A stretch of 64,000 nucleotides of DNA from Thermoplasmata archaeon (lineage in GTDB: Archaea; Thermoplasmatota; Thermoplasmata; Lutacidiplasmatales; UBA184). The notes under the pieces are model-generated. The model was not told the DNA's origin. It ran no database searches and worked only from the letters and a program-made list of their open reading frames with translations. A program made the translations under genes and the position numbers. Below are positions 27,827 to 36,885 of the stretch, piece by piece; position 1 is the stretch's first letter; each line of letters opens with the position of its first letter. Location of the stretch: assembly GCA_022749995.1 (NCBI GenBank), contig JAKIWO010000001.1:22410-86409 (forward strand), given 5' to 3'.

Positions 27827-29779
27827 ATGACCTTCCTGCGACCGGTCGCGATGGTCAAGGTCGGTCTCCTAGGACTCAAGAGCGACCGGCCCGCCATCCT
27901 CTCGGCGCTGCACGACCTCGGGGCGGTCCAGGTCGAACCGATCCGCAAGGAAGCACTCGCCGAACTCGAGGCCGAACCGGGGGGGGAGGCGCACCGGAAG
28001 GTCGCCGAGGAGCTGCTCCGATTCCGCACGCTCAAGAACGCGCTGCCGCCCCGACCCCCCGCGCCCATCGGCTTCGCGTCGCTCGAGGAGCTGCTCGCCG
28101 GCGCCGCGGCGGTCCGGATCGACGCCGAGGTGACCGAGCTCAAGCGGGAGGAGGACCGGCTCCTCACGGAGCGCAAGCAGCTCGTCGACACGAGCGAACT
28201 GCTGAGCCGCCACCAGTACTGCACGGTCCCGCTCGAGCAGCTTCGGGCCAAGAGCGTGCTCGCCTTCTTCGGGGAGGCGCCCGCCGAAGGTTTCGCACCG
28301 TTGCAGCGGGAGATCTCGGCGATCGCCGAGACGGCCTTCTCCTCGCACCCGGAAGGCAAGAGCGTCCGGTTCGTCGTGGCCGTTCCGACGGCCAACGCCG
28401 ACGCGGTGAGCCGGATCGCCCAGCAGGCCGGAGTGAAGCTCGCGCCGGTGCCGGACCTCAAGGGCCGGATCGCCGAGGAGCTGCCCCGGCTTGCCGCCCG
28501 TCTCCTCGAGGTGGACCGGCGACTGGGAGAGCTGCGGGCCGGCCTGGCCGACATCGCCCGGGTCAACTACTCCCTCGTCGCCGCGATCGAAGAGGCGCTC
28601 GCGATCGAGAACCGAAAGTTCGAGACGTACAGCCGGATGGCGAGCGGGCACGAGGTCTTCGCCGTCGACGGCTGGATCCCGCAGCGCTCCGTCCCCGCGC
28701 TCGAGCAACTCCTCACTCGGGTGGCCGCCGACCGTGCGCTGCTCTACCCGATCCCCACGAGCGAGGAGGCGCCGACGCTGATCGAGAATCCTCGGGGGAT
28801 TCGTCGGTTCGAGTTCTTCATCCGGTTCTACGCCATCCCGAAGTCGAACGAGTTCGACCCGACGTGGATCTTCGCGCTCGCGTTCCCGATCTTTTTCGGG
28901 TTCATGCTGGGGGACTGGGGGTACGGGCTGGTCATCCTCCTGGTGAGCCTGTGGATGATCGCCGGATTCCCCGGCGGCGGACGGCTCCCGCACTTCATCA
29001 CTTCCTTACCGAAACTGATCATGAGCCCTCCCGCCATGCGGACGCTGGCCTGGACGCTGCTGCCCGGCTGCGTCATCGCGATCGGACTCGGAGTGTACTT
29101 CAACGAGCTCTTCGGGTTCCAACTGCCCTACACCGCGTTCGCGGTACCGCAGCGGAGCGTCGGCAAGCTCCTCGTCATCGCGGGGTACATCGGGCTCGTG
29201 ATGGTGGTGGTCGGTTTCGCTCTCGGCGCACTCCTCGCCTACTACCAACATCACCCCAAGCTGGTCCTCATGCGGATCGGAGGCATTCTGTTCGCGATCG
29301 GGGTAGCCTTCGCGGGGCTGACCGTCATCCACGCCGGGGGTATCAACGGGCACAGCCCGACGCTGCTCGCCTTCATCGGAGTCTCCCTCGCGGGCCTCGC
29401 GTGCATGTTCGTGGCCGAGGGGGGGCGAGCGCTCCTGGGGCTCATCGAGGTGGTGAGCCACATCCTCTCCTATACTCGGCTGGTGGGCATCCTCCTGGCG
29501 AGCGTCATCCTCGCGAGCGTCATCGACATGGAGAGCTGGACCGCCACCCACAACGGCACGATCCTCGGGCTCGTCGCCGGACTGGTGATGCTGATCTTCG
29601 GCCAGGTGTTTGTCCTCATCCTGGCCGTCTTTGAGCCCGGCATCCAAGGGGCCCGGCTCATCTTCGTCGAGCAGTTCTCCAAATTCTACGAGGGGAACGG
29701 GCGGCCGTTCCTGCCCTTCCGCTCCAGCCGGACCTTCACGACCGCCGCGCCGAGCCCGGCGAGCGCGCCGGTCCGCTAG
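27827..29779 (+). CDS. atpI: A-type ATP synthase subunit I (membrane a-subunit)
   Basis: 650 aa, with an N-terminal soluble coiled-coil half and a C-terminal polytopic membrane half carrying the conserved Arg-containing helix (LSYTRLVGILLASVILA). Confidence 0.9.
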   Translation: MTFLRPVAMVKVGLLGLKSDRPAILSALHDLGAVQVEPIRKEALAELEAEPGGEAHRKVAEELLRFRTLKNALPPRPPAPIGFASLEELLAGAAAVRIDAEVTELKREEDRLLTERKQLVDTSELLSRHQYCTVPLEQLRAKSVLAFFGEAPAEGFAPLQREISAIAETAFSSHPEGKSVRFVVAVPTANADAVSRIAQQAGVKLAPVPDLKGRIAEELPRLAARLLEVDRRLGELRAGLADIARVNYSLVAAIEEALAIENRKFETYSRMASGHEVFAVDGWIPQRSVPALEQLLTRVAADRALLYPIPTSEEAPTLIENPRGIRRFEFFIRFYAIPKSNEFDPTWIFALAFPIFFGFMLGDWGYGLVILLVSLWMIAGFPGGGRLPHFITSLPKLIMSPPAMRTLAWTLLPGCVIAIGLGVYFNELFGFQLPYTAFAVPQRSVGKLLVIAGYIGLVMVVVGFALGALLAYYQHHPKLVLMRIGGILFAIGVAFAGLTVIHAGGINGHSPTLLAFIGVSLAGLACMFVAEGGRALLGLIEVVSHILSYTRLVGILLASVILASVIDMESWTATHNGTILGLVAGLVMLIFGQVFVLILAVFEPGIQGARLIFVEQFSKFYEGNGRPFLPFRSSRTFTTAAPSPASAPVR

Positions 29780-29796
29780 TCCGGGCGCCCGCGGCG

Positions 29797-30873
29797 CTAC
29801 AAACGCGGAACGACCAGCGAGCGGGTGAGCTCCTCCGCCGGTACGCCGTAGAGCTTGCCGTAGGCGATCCGCCGAAGGTCGGCCCGCTCCAGTTCGGAGA
29901 GGAGGAGGAATCCGAACAGGATGGAGATCGACAGGGGGAAGCTGCGCAGCCGCCGGAGCTGGCTCACCGCCCGGTCGCGCGTGAGCGCGATCTCGAACGG
30001 CACGAGACTATGCTCGCGCGGGTACTCGGCGATCCCCTCGGCGAGGGACGGGTAGGCGGGCAGGAGCTGGTTCGCGAGCTCGAGGACCCCCCGGGCGTTG
30101 TACAGGTCGGCGGCCCGGTTGCGCGGCAGGTTCCCGCCGTCGAGGAATCGCCCGAGCACCGCTTCGACCGGTAGGTCGGAATGCTTCCCTTTGAGCAAGA
30201 GAAGGACGTTGCGCACATCGACCTCGGTGCGTAGATACTCCCGAATGACCCACTCGTCCCCCTGGAAGAACCCCCCGTGCTCGAACAGGCGCCGGTAGTA
30301 GTCCCGGTCCAGCGCTTGGAGCAGGGGGAAGATGTCCCGGTCGCGGGCGTAGGTCTCGAGCAAGGGCAGCAGCGTCCCCCCGTAGCCGAACCGGACGAGC
30401 TGGGAGGCGATCGCCTCCAGCGACGGCTGCTGCAGCAGGGTCCGGAAGTCGTCGAGGGTCATGGGTCCGGCGAACAGTCCGGCCGGGACCTCCCGGTTCG
30501 ACACGAGGAACGCCTCCGTCTCGGAGAGCGATCGTCCCTGGGCCTTGGCGGCCAGCACGAGCCCGATGTTCTCGATGTCCCAGCGCCGCAGGTACGCCTC
30601 GATGAGCATCTTGCCGGCGTACGGCGCCGCTTCGTAGACCATCCGGTTGCGGTGCACGAACAGGCGGTTGATCGCCACCTCGATGAGCGCGGGCCCCTGG
30701 TAGGTGGCACCGGCCTGGACGAACTCGGGGCCGTAGGCCGTGGGTTCGAGCAGCTTGAGCAGCTCCTTCGTGTCCCGTGCTTGGACGAGCGGCGCGTACG
30801 CCTCCTTCGGTAGGAGAGTCGGCGCCAGCGCCTTGAATCGGCCCAGCGCGCTCGCGTAGGGGGAGCCGGCCAC
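29797..30873 (-). CDS. atpC: A-type ATP synthase subunit C (V-type d homologue)
   Basis: 358 aa of typical length, co-oriented with atpE and atpK; the N-terminus is MAGSPYASALGRFKALAPTLLPKEAYAPLVQARDTKELLKLLEPTAYG. Confidence 0.85.
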   Translation of the reverse strand: MAGSPYASALGRFKALAPTLLPKEAYAPLVQARDTKELLKLLEPTAYGPEFVQAGATYQGPALIEVAINRLFVHRNRMVYEAAPYAGKMLIEAYLRRWDIENIGLVLAAKAQGRSLSETEAFLVSNREVPAGLFAGPMTLDDFRTLLQQPSLEAIASQLVRFGYGGTLLPLLETYARDRDIFPLLQALDRDYYRRLFEHGGFFQGDEWVIREYLRTEVDVRNVLLLLKGKHSDLPVEAVLGRFLDGGNLPRNRAADLYNARGVLELANQLLPAYPSLAEGIAEYPREHSLVPFEIALTRDRAVSQLRRLRSFPLSISILFGFLLLSELERADLRRIAYGKLYGVPAEELTRSLVVPRL

Positions 30874-30881
30874 CGCTCCCC

Positions 30882-31436
30882 CTAACTCGCGAGCAGCTCG
30901 CGCAGCCGCGATTCGTGCAGCCGGAGCAGCTCGTCGAAGCTCAGGGTGAGCCGACGGTCCCGGTCCGCGCTCTCCGCCACCAGTCCGCCCAGGATCGGCA
31001 CCGGAGCGGGGTCGAACCCCCGGCCGGCGATCGACTTGAGCAGGCTCGCGTCCTCGACCCGACCGGTCACGCGCAGGTCCTTGCCCAGCCGGTCGACGGC
31101 AAAGCCGTACATCCGCCGGAGCACCTCGGGATAATCGCTCGAGTGCGTGTATTCGCCGAGCAGCTGTCGGGCCCCGTGGAGCGAGGACCCCAGCGCTCGC
31201 TCGCGGGCCTCGTACTCCAGCTTGCGGGCCTGCATCTTGGCACCGGCGAGACGCCGCTGCCGCTCGCGGTTGGACTCCTCCTGCGCCTGGCGGGCGGTCG
31301 CCTCGCGCAGCTCCTTCACCCGCCGGTCCCGCTCCGCGGCGAGCTGGGCCGTCTGCTGGGCGTGGCTGTGCTGGGCAGCCTCGAGCTCGGCCGCTCCCTT
31401 AGACTGGATCTCGGCGACCAGCCGCTCGAGGGTCAT
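30882..31436 (-). CDS. atpE: A-type ATP synthase subunit E
   Basis: 184 aa; the N-terminal coiled coil MTLERLVAEIQSKGAAELEAAQHSHAQQTAQL plus a C-terminal globular part is the typical E subunit. Confidence 0.85.
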   Translation of the reverse strand: MTLERLVAEIQSKGAAELEAAQHSHAQQTAQLAAERDRRVKELREATARQAQEESNRERQRRLAGAKMQARKLEYEARERALGSSLHGARQLLGEYTHSSDYPEVLRRMYGFAVDRLGKDLRVTGRVEDASLLKSIAGRGFDPAPVPILGGLVAESADRDRRLTLSFDELLRLHESRLRELLAS

Positions 31437-31443
31437 GCCCGGA

Positions 31444-31662
31444 CTACAGGATGCCGAGCAGGAGGATGATTCCCAGAACGAATCCGATGATCCAGAGTGT
31501 CTCGGGGATCACGAAGAAGAACAGCACCCGCCCGAACAGCTCCGGCTTCTCGGCGTAGATCCCCATGCCGGCCGCGCCGATGCCCGACTGCGCCATGCCG
31601 GTTCCGATGAGTCCCCCGGCGATGGCGATGCCCGCGGCGATAGCTAGCTGAGGGTCGGTCAT
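31444..31662 (-). CDS. atpK: A-type ATP synthase proteolipid subunit K (c-subunit); start set at MTDPQ (listed ORF extends to 31707 via a TTG)
   Basis: 72 aa with two TM helices and the conserved carboxylate region (GIGAAGMGIYAEKPELFGRVLFFFVIPETLWIIGF). Confidence 0.85.
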   Translation of the reverse strand: MTDPQLAIAAGIAIAGGLIGTGMAQSGIGAAGMGIYAEKPELFGRVLFFFVIPETLWIIGFVLGIILLLGIL

Positions 31663-31695
31663 GGCTCGGTTACCCGCGCCGCGATTCGGGTTGCG

Positions 31696-31702
31696 TATAT
31701 AA
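31696..31702 (-). promoter_or_regulatory. TATA box (TTATATA on the minus strand) about 34 nt upstream of the atpK ATG
   Basis: Sequence context gcgTATATAAcgc; this is the only AT-rich heptamer in the atpK/DUF169 intergenic region. Confidence 0.45.
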
Positions 31703-31821
31703 CGCAAGACCCCGTTCCACCGACGGCAAACGGGCCGCGGCTCCGACGGCCGCCGAGGGTCCGAGCGCTAAGGTCCCGCGCGCTGCCTCCCGCGCGCTGC
31801 CCGTACCGTTCTATAGGGACC

Positions 31822-32544
31822 GTGGCTCCCTCGGCCATGCCGTCCCACTGGGAGCATCTCGCCGAGGAGCTCGTCCGTGAACTCGAGCTGGATCTGCCAC
31901 CCGTGCAGATCTCCTACCTCGAGGCGCCGCCCGCGGGGGTCGCCGAACATCCGGGAGGCTCGCCCTCGGTCTGCACCTTCTTTGCGGAGGGGAAGACCCA
32001 CGCCTTCTACGCCGGAAAGAAGGCGCACGAGGAGTGCGAAGTCGGGGCCTTCGTCATGGGCATCCCCCCGGAGGGGGAGCTGGGCCAGCGACTCATGTCG
32101 ACGATCGGCATGATGCAGAAGGAAGCGTACCTCGAGCCCGGCGAAGAGGCCAAGGTTCCGCACAACGCGAAGGCGCCCAGTTATGTGGCCTACGGACCGC
32201 TCGGGAAGATGTCGGTCCCTCCGACCAACGTACTCCTGTTCGCCCGTCCCAAGAGTGCCATGTTCGCGCTCGAGGCCGCCCACTTCGCGGCGCCGCTCAA
32301 CGGCCGGCCGATGTGCGCCATCGTGCCGATCCTCAACGCCGGCGCCCCCGTGGCGATCTCGACCGGCTGCATCGGCTCCCGCATCTACACCGAGATGGGG
32401 GACGACCGGATGGTCGTCGGCATCCGGGGCGACCACGTGGAGAAGTTCCTCGCCGAGCTACGTCGGATCCGCCAGGCCAACGCCGCGGTCGCGACGGAGG
32501 ACAGCCGCCGAAAGAAGTCGGCCTCGCACCCGTACGGAAAGTAG
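31822..32544 (+). CDS. DUF169-family protein
   Basis: 240 aa with DUF169-like conserved blocks (CTFFAEGKTHAFYAGKKAHEEC...GPLGKMSVPPTNVLLFARP...AIVPILNAGAPVAISTGCIGSRIYT). Confidence 0.6.
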   Translation: MAPSAMPSHWEHLAEELVRELELDLPPVQISYLEAPPAGVAEHPGGSPSVCTFFAEGKTHAFYAGKKAHEECEVGAFVMGIPPEGELGQRLMSTIGMMQKEAYLEPGEEAKVPHNAKAPSYVAYGPLGKMSVPPTNVLLFARPKSAMFALEAAHFAAPLNGRPMCAIVPILNAGAPVAISTGCIGSRIYTEMGDDRMVVGIRGDHVEKFLAELRRIRQANAAVATEDSRRKKSASHPYGK

Positions 32545-32582
32545 GCGGGGCCTTCCGAAGGCCGCTCGCGAGGCCTGGACCG

Positions 32583-33626
32583 CTAGTGGATCTGCGAGAG
32601 CACCGCAGCGACCGAGGGCTCCGCGGCGACTGAGGCGGGAGCCCCCCCGTTCGCGTGGACCGTGAAGGCAAGCAGGTCATCGACCGCGGGCCCGAGCGCC
32701 GACCAGGCGCTGCCGTTCTCGTTCAGTGCCTGGTTCGCAAGCTGGGCCGCAGTGAGTCCGGAAATCGCTCCGGGGTCGACGAGCGTTCCCTGGTGGTAGA
32801 AAGTCCCGCCGAGGACGATGAATGGGATTCCTCCGAGCGGATTGTAGGCGCTGACGTACGCCTGCTCGGTGCAGATACCGACGGACGGCGCCTCGATCTG
32901 GGTGTCCGAGGTGGCCTCCCGCGCGTCGAGGGAGACGTAGCGGCTCGCAACCGACAGGCTCGGCAGCACGACGCTCGGCGTGTTCGGGAATGAGTCGGTC
33001 GGAGAAGAGTGGTCGAAGCTCACCCCGCTCACGTTGCCTAGCCGCTCGAGCGCCGAGAGCACCGCCCAACTGGACGCCGAGCAGTACGGACAGGCGACCG
33101 AGCCGTAGAAGAAGAGCACCGGCGCGCTCATCACGCTCCAACGGGCGGCCGACACCCGCTCCCAGCCTCCGGGCTCGGCGGTGGTGAACGGTGTGAGGAG
33201 CGGGCAGTGGTTCGCGAGCGCGGTACCCCCGAGGAGGGCCGGCAGGAGGAGTCCGGCCGCGAGACCGATCAGCGCGGTCCGCCGGAAGACCGTACTCCAC
33301 CGGACCCGTGCGCGGTAGAGGCCGAACCCGAACAGAAACAGCGACACGAGCAACAGGAGCACTAGGTCGGGGACGACCGGGAAGTACACTCCGACGGGAG
33401 AGGGTAGGAAGTAGGCCAGCACCGCCCACGGTCCGAAGAGGGGCAGGAGCAGCCAACCGAACCGCGCGAGGCTCCAGCGTCGGGTCGGATCGGGCGGGGG
33501 CACCGCCCTGGGCGGCGGGGAAAGCTCACCAGAAGTGGCGGGGGCTCGGCTCGACGGCGCCACGTCGCCTCGATTGAAACACCCTAGATGGCTCCTCCCC
33601 TCGGCGAAGGAAGGACTAGTGCCCAT
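32583..33626 (-). CDS. membrane-anchored thioredoxin-fold protein (CPYC motif; DUF929-like)
   Basis: N-terminal TM helices followed by an extracytoplasmic domain with FFYGSVACPYCSASSWAV, a thioredoxin-type CxxC active site. Confidence 0.45.
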   Translation of the reverse strand: MGTSPSFAEGRSHLGCFNRGDVAPSSRAPATSGELSPPPRAVPPPDPTRRWSLARFGWLLLPLFGPWAVLAYFLPSPVGVYFPVVPDLVLLLLVSLFLFGFGLYRARVRWSTVFRRTALIGLAAGLLLPALLGGTALANHCPLLTPFTTAEPGGWERVSAARWSVMSAPVLFFYGSVACPYCSASSWAVLSALERLGNVSGVSFDHSSPTDSFPNTPSVVLPSLSVASRYVSLDAREATSDTQIEAPSVGICTEQAYVSAYNPLGGIPFIVLGGTFYHQGTLVDPGAISGLTAAQLANQALNENGSAWSALGPAVDDLLAFTVHANGGAPASVAAEPSVAAVLSQIH

Positions 33627-33678
33627 CCGCCGTCGCCGGAGCGGCGCCTAAGTAGCCCGCCCGCCGTGGGAGGAGGAC

Positions 33679-34581
33679 GTGCAGATCACCTTCCTCGGAA
33701 CGGCCGGTTCCTGGCCCACCAAGGAGCGCAACGCCAGCGCCATCGCCGTGGACACCGAGCGCGAACTGGTGCTGTTCGACTGCGGGGAAGGTACCCAGCG
33801 GCAGATGTTCTCCTCGACGCAGTCGTTCATGCGGGTCCGACGGGTGTTCCTCACGCACTTCCACGGGGACCACTTCCTCGGGCTGCCGGGACTGATCCAG
33901 TCGATGGGCCTCAACCACCGGGAGGCACCGCTCGACATTTACGGCCCCCCCGAGACCCGAGAGGTGGTCGGGCGCGTGCTCGAACTCGGCTACTTCACGC
34001 TCCGGTTCCCGATCGAGATCCACCCTCTTCAAGCCGGGGAGTCGGTGGAGCTTGACGGCTACACCGTCCGTACCAGCGAAGCGCTCCACCCGGTCCCGTC
34101 GCTCGCCTACCGTCTGGAAGAGGGACCCAAGCGCGGTCGGTTCGATGCGCCCAAAGCCCGTGCGCTCGGCATCCGAGGCGAGGAGTTCGCGCGCCTGGAG
34201 GAGGGTCACCCCGTGACCGTCGGGGGGCGCACGATCCGCCCGGAGGAGGTGATCGGCCCGCCGCGGCCCGGTCGCTCGCTCGTCTACTCCGGGGACAGCT
34301 CGCCGTCGCCGGACATCCAGCGTCTCGCCACCGGCGCGACCGTCCTCATCCACGAGGCCACCACCGCGACGGACCTCGAGGCGGAGGCGAACCAGTGGGG
34401 ACACTCCTCGGCCCGACAGGCGGCCGAGATCGCGCGAGCCGCCGGAGTCGGGACGTTGTTCCTCACGCACTTCTCCTCGCGCTACAAGGAGCTCGAGCCG
34501 CTCGAGGGCGAGGCCCGGGCCGTGTTTCCCGAAACCCGAACCGCGCGGGATTTGCTCGATCACTTGATCCGACAGCCATGA
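33679..34581 (+). CDS. rnz: ribonuclease Z (tRNA 3'-processing metallo-beta-lactamase)
   Basis: ITFLGTAGSWPTKERNASAIAV...FDCGEGTQRQM...LTHFHGDHFLGLPGLIQSM is the HxHxDH motif set of short-form RNase Z. Confidence 0.85.
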   Translation: MQITFLGTAGSWPTKERNASAIAVDTERELVLFDCGEGTQRQMFSSTQSFMRVRRVFLTHFHGDHFLGLPGLIQSMGLNHREAPLDIYGPPETREVVGRVLELGYFTLRFPIEIHPLQAGESVELDGYTVRTSEALHPVPSLAYRLEEGPKRGRFDAPKARALGIRGEEFARLEEGHPVTVGGRTIRPEEVIGPPRPGRSLVYSGDSSPSPDIQRLATGATVLIHEATTATDLEAEANQWGHSSARQAAEIARAAGVGTLFLTHFSSRYKELEPLEGEARAVFPETRTARDLLDHLIRQP

Positions 34582-35840
34582 TCCGCGCCGACCGTCTGCT
34601 GACTGGGTTCGAGGAGATCGCCACCCTCTCGCGGGGGGCCGTACCGAGGGTGGGCGTGGCCCAGCGCGCGCTCTCGCTCGAGGCCGACGGGGCGATCGCT
34701 ATCGACGCGGGCAAGGTCGTTGCGGTCGAGAGTAGTCGCGCGGTCCGGCGCAAGGTCGAGCTGCGTCCGCGCGCCGTGGTGGAGGAATGGCCCGGTGCGG
34801 TCGCGGTGCCGGGGTTCATCGACGCGCACACCCATGTGCTGTTCGGGGGCGATCGGCACGGGGAGATCGAGGCGAAACTCTCCGGCGCGAGCTTCGCCGA
34901 AATCGCTCGCTCCGGCGGTGGGATCTACTCGACCGTGCGGGCGACCCGGAGCGCCACCGACGCGGAGCTGGTCGATTCGGCAACGCAGCGCCTGCGCCGC
35001 ATGGCCCGCTCGGGGACGGTCGCGGTCGAGGTCAAGAGCGGCTACGCCCTCTCCCATGCCGGCGAGCTGCGTCTCCTCCGCCTCGTCCCGACGCTCGCCC
35101 GTCGCTCGGGCCTGCGTCTCGTCCCGACCTACCTCGGCGCCCACGCCCGGCCTCCCGGGCGGGACGCGCGTTCCTATCTCCGCGAGATCGTGGAGCGCAC
35201 GCTCCCGGCGATCCGTCGGGAGCGGCTCGCGCGGTTCTGCGACGCCTTCTGCGAGCCAGGATTCTATTCGGTGGCCGAGAGTGAGCGGATCCTGCGGGCG
35301 GCGCAGCGTCTGGGCCTGGGTCTCAAGCTTCACGCCGACGAATTCGTGGACACGGGGGGTGCCCAGCTTGCCGCCCGGCTCGCCGCGCGCTCGGCCGAGC
35401 ACCTGCTCGCGGCATCGCGGACCGGTCATCGCGCCCTCGCGCGCGCCGGCGTGACGGCCGTCCTCCTGCCGGTCACTCCGTTCGCCTCCCTCTCGGAGCT
35501 CCGCTCCCCGGGCCGCGAACTCGTCGACGCCGGTGTTCCGGTCGCGCTCGGCAGCGACTGTTCCCCGAACTCCTGGGTCGAATCGATGCCGCTCGTCATC
35601 GCGCACGCCGTGTACCGGGCGCGACTGACCCCGGCCGAGGCGCTCACCGCCGCGACGGTGAACGCCGCGCACGCGAGCGGTCTTCCCGTCGGTACCGGGA
35701 CGATCACCGTCGGGCAGCCGGCCGATTTTTCCGTGTTTTCGATGCGCTCCGTCGCGGAGATCCCGTACCGGATCGGCTGCCTTCCGGCCCAGATTTATCG
35801 ACGGGGACGGGCCGTTCTCTCGACGGAACTCCGAACGTAG
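34578..35840 (+). CDS. hutI: imidazolonepropionase-like amidohydrolase; ATG overlapping the rnz stop (ATGA)
   Basis: GFIDAHTHVLFGGDRHGEIEAKLSGASFAEIARSGGGI closely parallels the HutI N-terminal metal-binding region; ~420 aa. No other hut genes are nearby. Confidence 0.7.
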   Translation: MIRADRLLTGFEEIATLSRGAVPRVGVAQRALSLEADGAIAIDAGKVVAVESSRAVRRKVELRPRAVVEEWPGAVAVPGFIDAHTHVLFGGDRHGEIEAKLSGASFAEIARSGGGIYSTVRATRSATDAELVDSATQRLRRMARSGTVAVEVKSGYALSHAGELRLLRLVPTLARRSGLRLVPTYLGAHARPPGRDARSYLREIVERTLPAIRRERLARFCDAFCEPGFYSVAESERILRAAQRLGLGLKLHADEFVDTGGAQLAARLAARSAEHLLAASRTGHRALARAGVTAVLLPVTPFASLSELRSPGRELVDAGVPVALGSDCSPNSWVESMPLVIAHAVYRARLTPAEALTAATVNAAHASGLPVGTGTITVGQPADFSVFSMRSVAEIPYRIGCLPAQIYRRGRAVLSTELRT

Positions 35841-35883
35841 GTTCAAATAGAGGGGGCCTTGTCGTCGTCGTGAGGTCGCCAAA

Positions 35884-36099
35884 ATGGCTGAGCGCGTTGG
35901 CAAAGAGCAGGTCTCGCGGGAGAAGGGGTACCTCTACTATCTGGGCAAGGACGGTTACCTCTGGAAGACACCCACCAAGCTGAACAAGTCTGGAAAGAAG
36001 GCGCGGGTCGGCAGCGAGAAGATCTCTCGCGCGAACGGCTACATGTACTTCCTCGACAAGAAGGGGTACATTGCTCGCGCGAAGATGAAGAACGCCTGA
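35884..36099 (+). CDS. small basic protein (71 aa) with an internal tandem repeat, lower GC than its surroundings
   Basis: MAERVGKEQVSREKGYLYYLGKDGYLWKTPTKLNKSGKKARVGSEKISRANGYMYFLDKKGYIARAKMKNA contains two copies of [KN]GY[LM]Y[YF]L[GD]K[DK]GY[LI]. It is Lys-rich and followed by a strong hairpin terminator. Confidence 0.5.
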   Translation: MAERVGKEQVSREKGYLYYLGKDGYLWKTPTKLNKSGKKARVGSEKISRANGYMYFLDKKGYIARAKMKNA

Positions 36100-36118
36100 T
36101 TCGTTCGGCAAACCTTTC

Positions 36119-36155
36119 GAACCCCTCCATTTGGAGGGGTTCTCTCCATTTTTTC
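36119..36155 (+). terminator. intrinsic-terminator-like hairpin (10-bp perfect stem GAACCCCTCC/GGAGGGGTTC, loop ATTT) followed by a T6 run
   Basis: Seen directly in the sequence 20 nt after the stop of the small basic ORF; the oligo-T tract matches archaeal termination signals. Confidence 0.5.
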
Positions 36156-36272
36156 ACTCGATGAGCCGAACGGCTCCCCGCCGCTGCTTCCTCCCGATGC
36201 GAGTTCGTGCGCCCCCCGCGGATGCGCTCGTCATCGCAACGTGGAAGTACCGATGCTCGGCTCTGACTGACC

Positions 36273-36851
36273 ATGGCCAAGAGTTCCTCCCCTGCATTCC
36301 CCGAAGAGACCCACCCGCGCCGGTTCACTCGCTTCGTCAGCGGACGTTCCGAGGCCGACGGATTCTGGGAGCTGCCGCCGAACGGGTTGTGTCTGTCCTG
36401 CTTCGTGGTGCTATCGCCGAAGGAGGGGGCACGGGAGGCGTTGGTCGGCCGGATCGACGCGAACCAACCCTGGCTCGAGCTGGGCGCCATCGACTCCGAG
36501 CGTGCGCTCCGCATCGGCGAGGGTTGGATGCTGCCTTCCTCCCATCTCCAGCAGTTCGAACCGCCGCAGCAGGCCGCCGAACGGATCCTCCGCGAGCAGC
36601 TCGGGATCGAACTGCGCCGCCTCGAAGGCCCGACGGTGGTCTCCGAGGCCTATCGTCGGCCGGGCCTCCCCCACTCCGGACCGCACTGGGACATCGAATT
36701 CGTCTATCGGGCCAGTGCCCCGGCCCGCTGGCGACCCCAGCATCCGGCCTGGCGGGAGCTCCGGTTCGTCGACCCCGCCGCCACTCCGCGGGACCAATTC
36801 GCCCGCTCCCACGACGAGATCTTGGAGCAGGCGGGCTTCCAGATCGGCTGA
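36273..36851 (+). CDS. NUDIX hydrolase
   Basis: Nudix box GEGWMLPSSHLQQFEPPQQAAERILREQLGIEL (GX5EX7REUXEEXGU). Confidence 0.8.
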   Translation: MAKSSSPAFPEETHPRRFTRFVSGRSEADGFWELPPNGLCLSCFVVLSPKEGAREALVGRIDANQPWLELGAIDSERALRIGEGWMLPSSHLQQFEPPQQAAERILREQLGIELRRLEGPTVVSEAYRRPGLPHSGPHWDIEFVYRASAPARWRPQHPAWRELRFVDPAATPRDQFARSHDEILEQAGFQIG

Positions 36852-36885
36852 GGACCCTCGGGGGTGGACCTCCGGAAGGGAGGCG

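Noticed and set aside
31663-31707. The TTG-initiated 15-codon extension of atpK, which would place the TATA box inside the coding sequence.
   Set aside because: Proteolipid c subunits are ~70 aa. The MTDPQ start gives 72 aa and places the TTATATA box at a canonical ~-30 position. The extension is therefore most likely promoter sequence, not coding.
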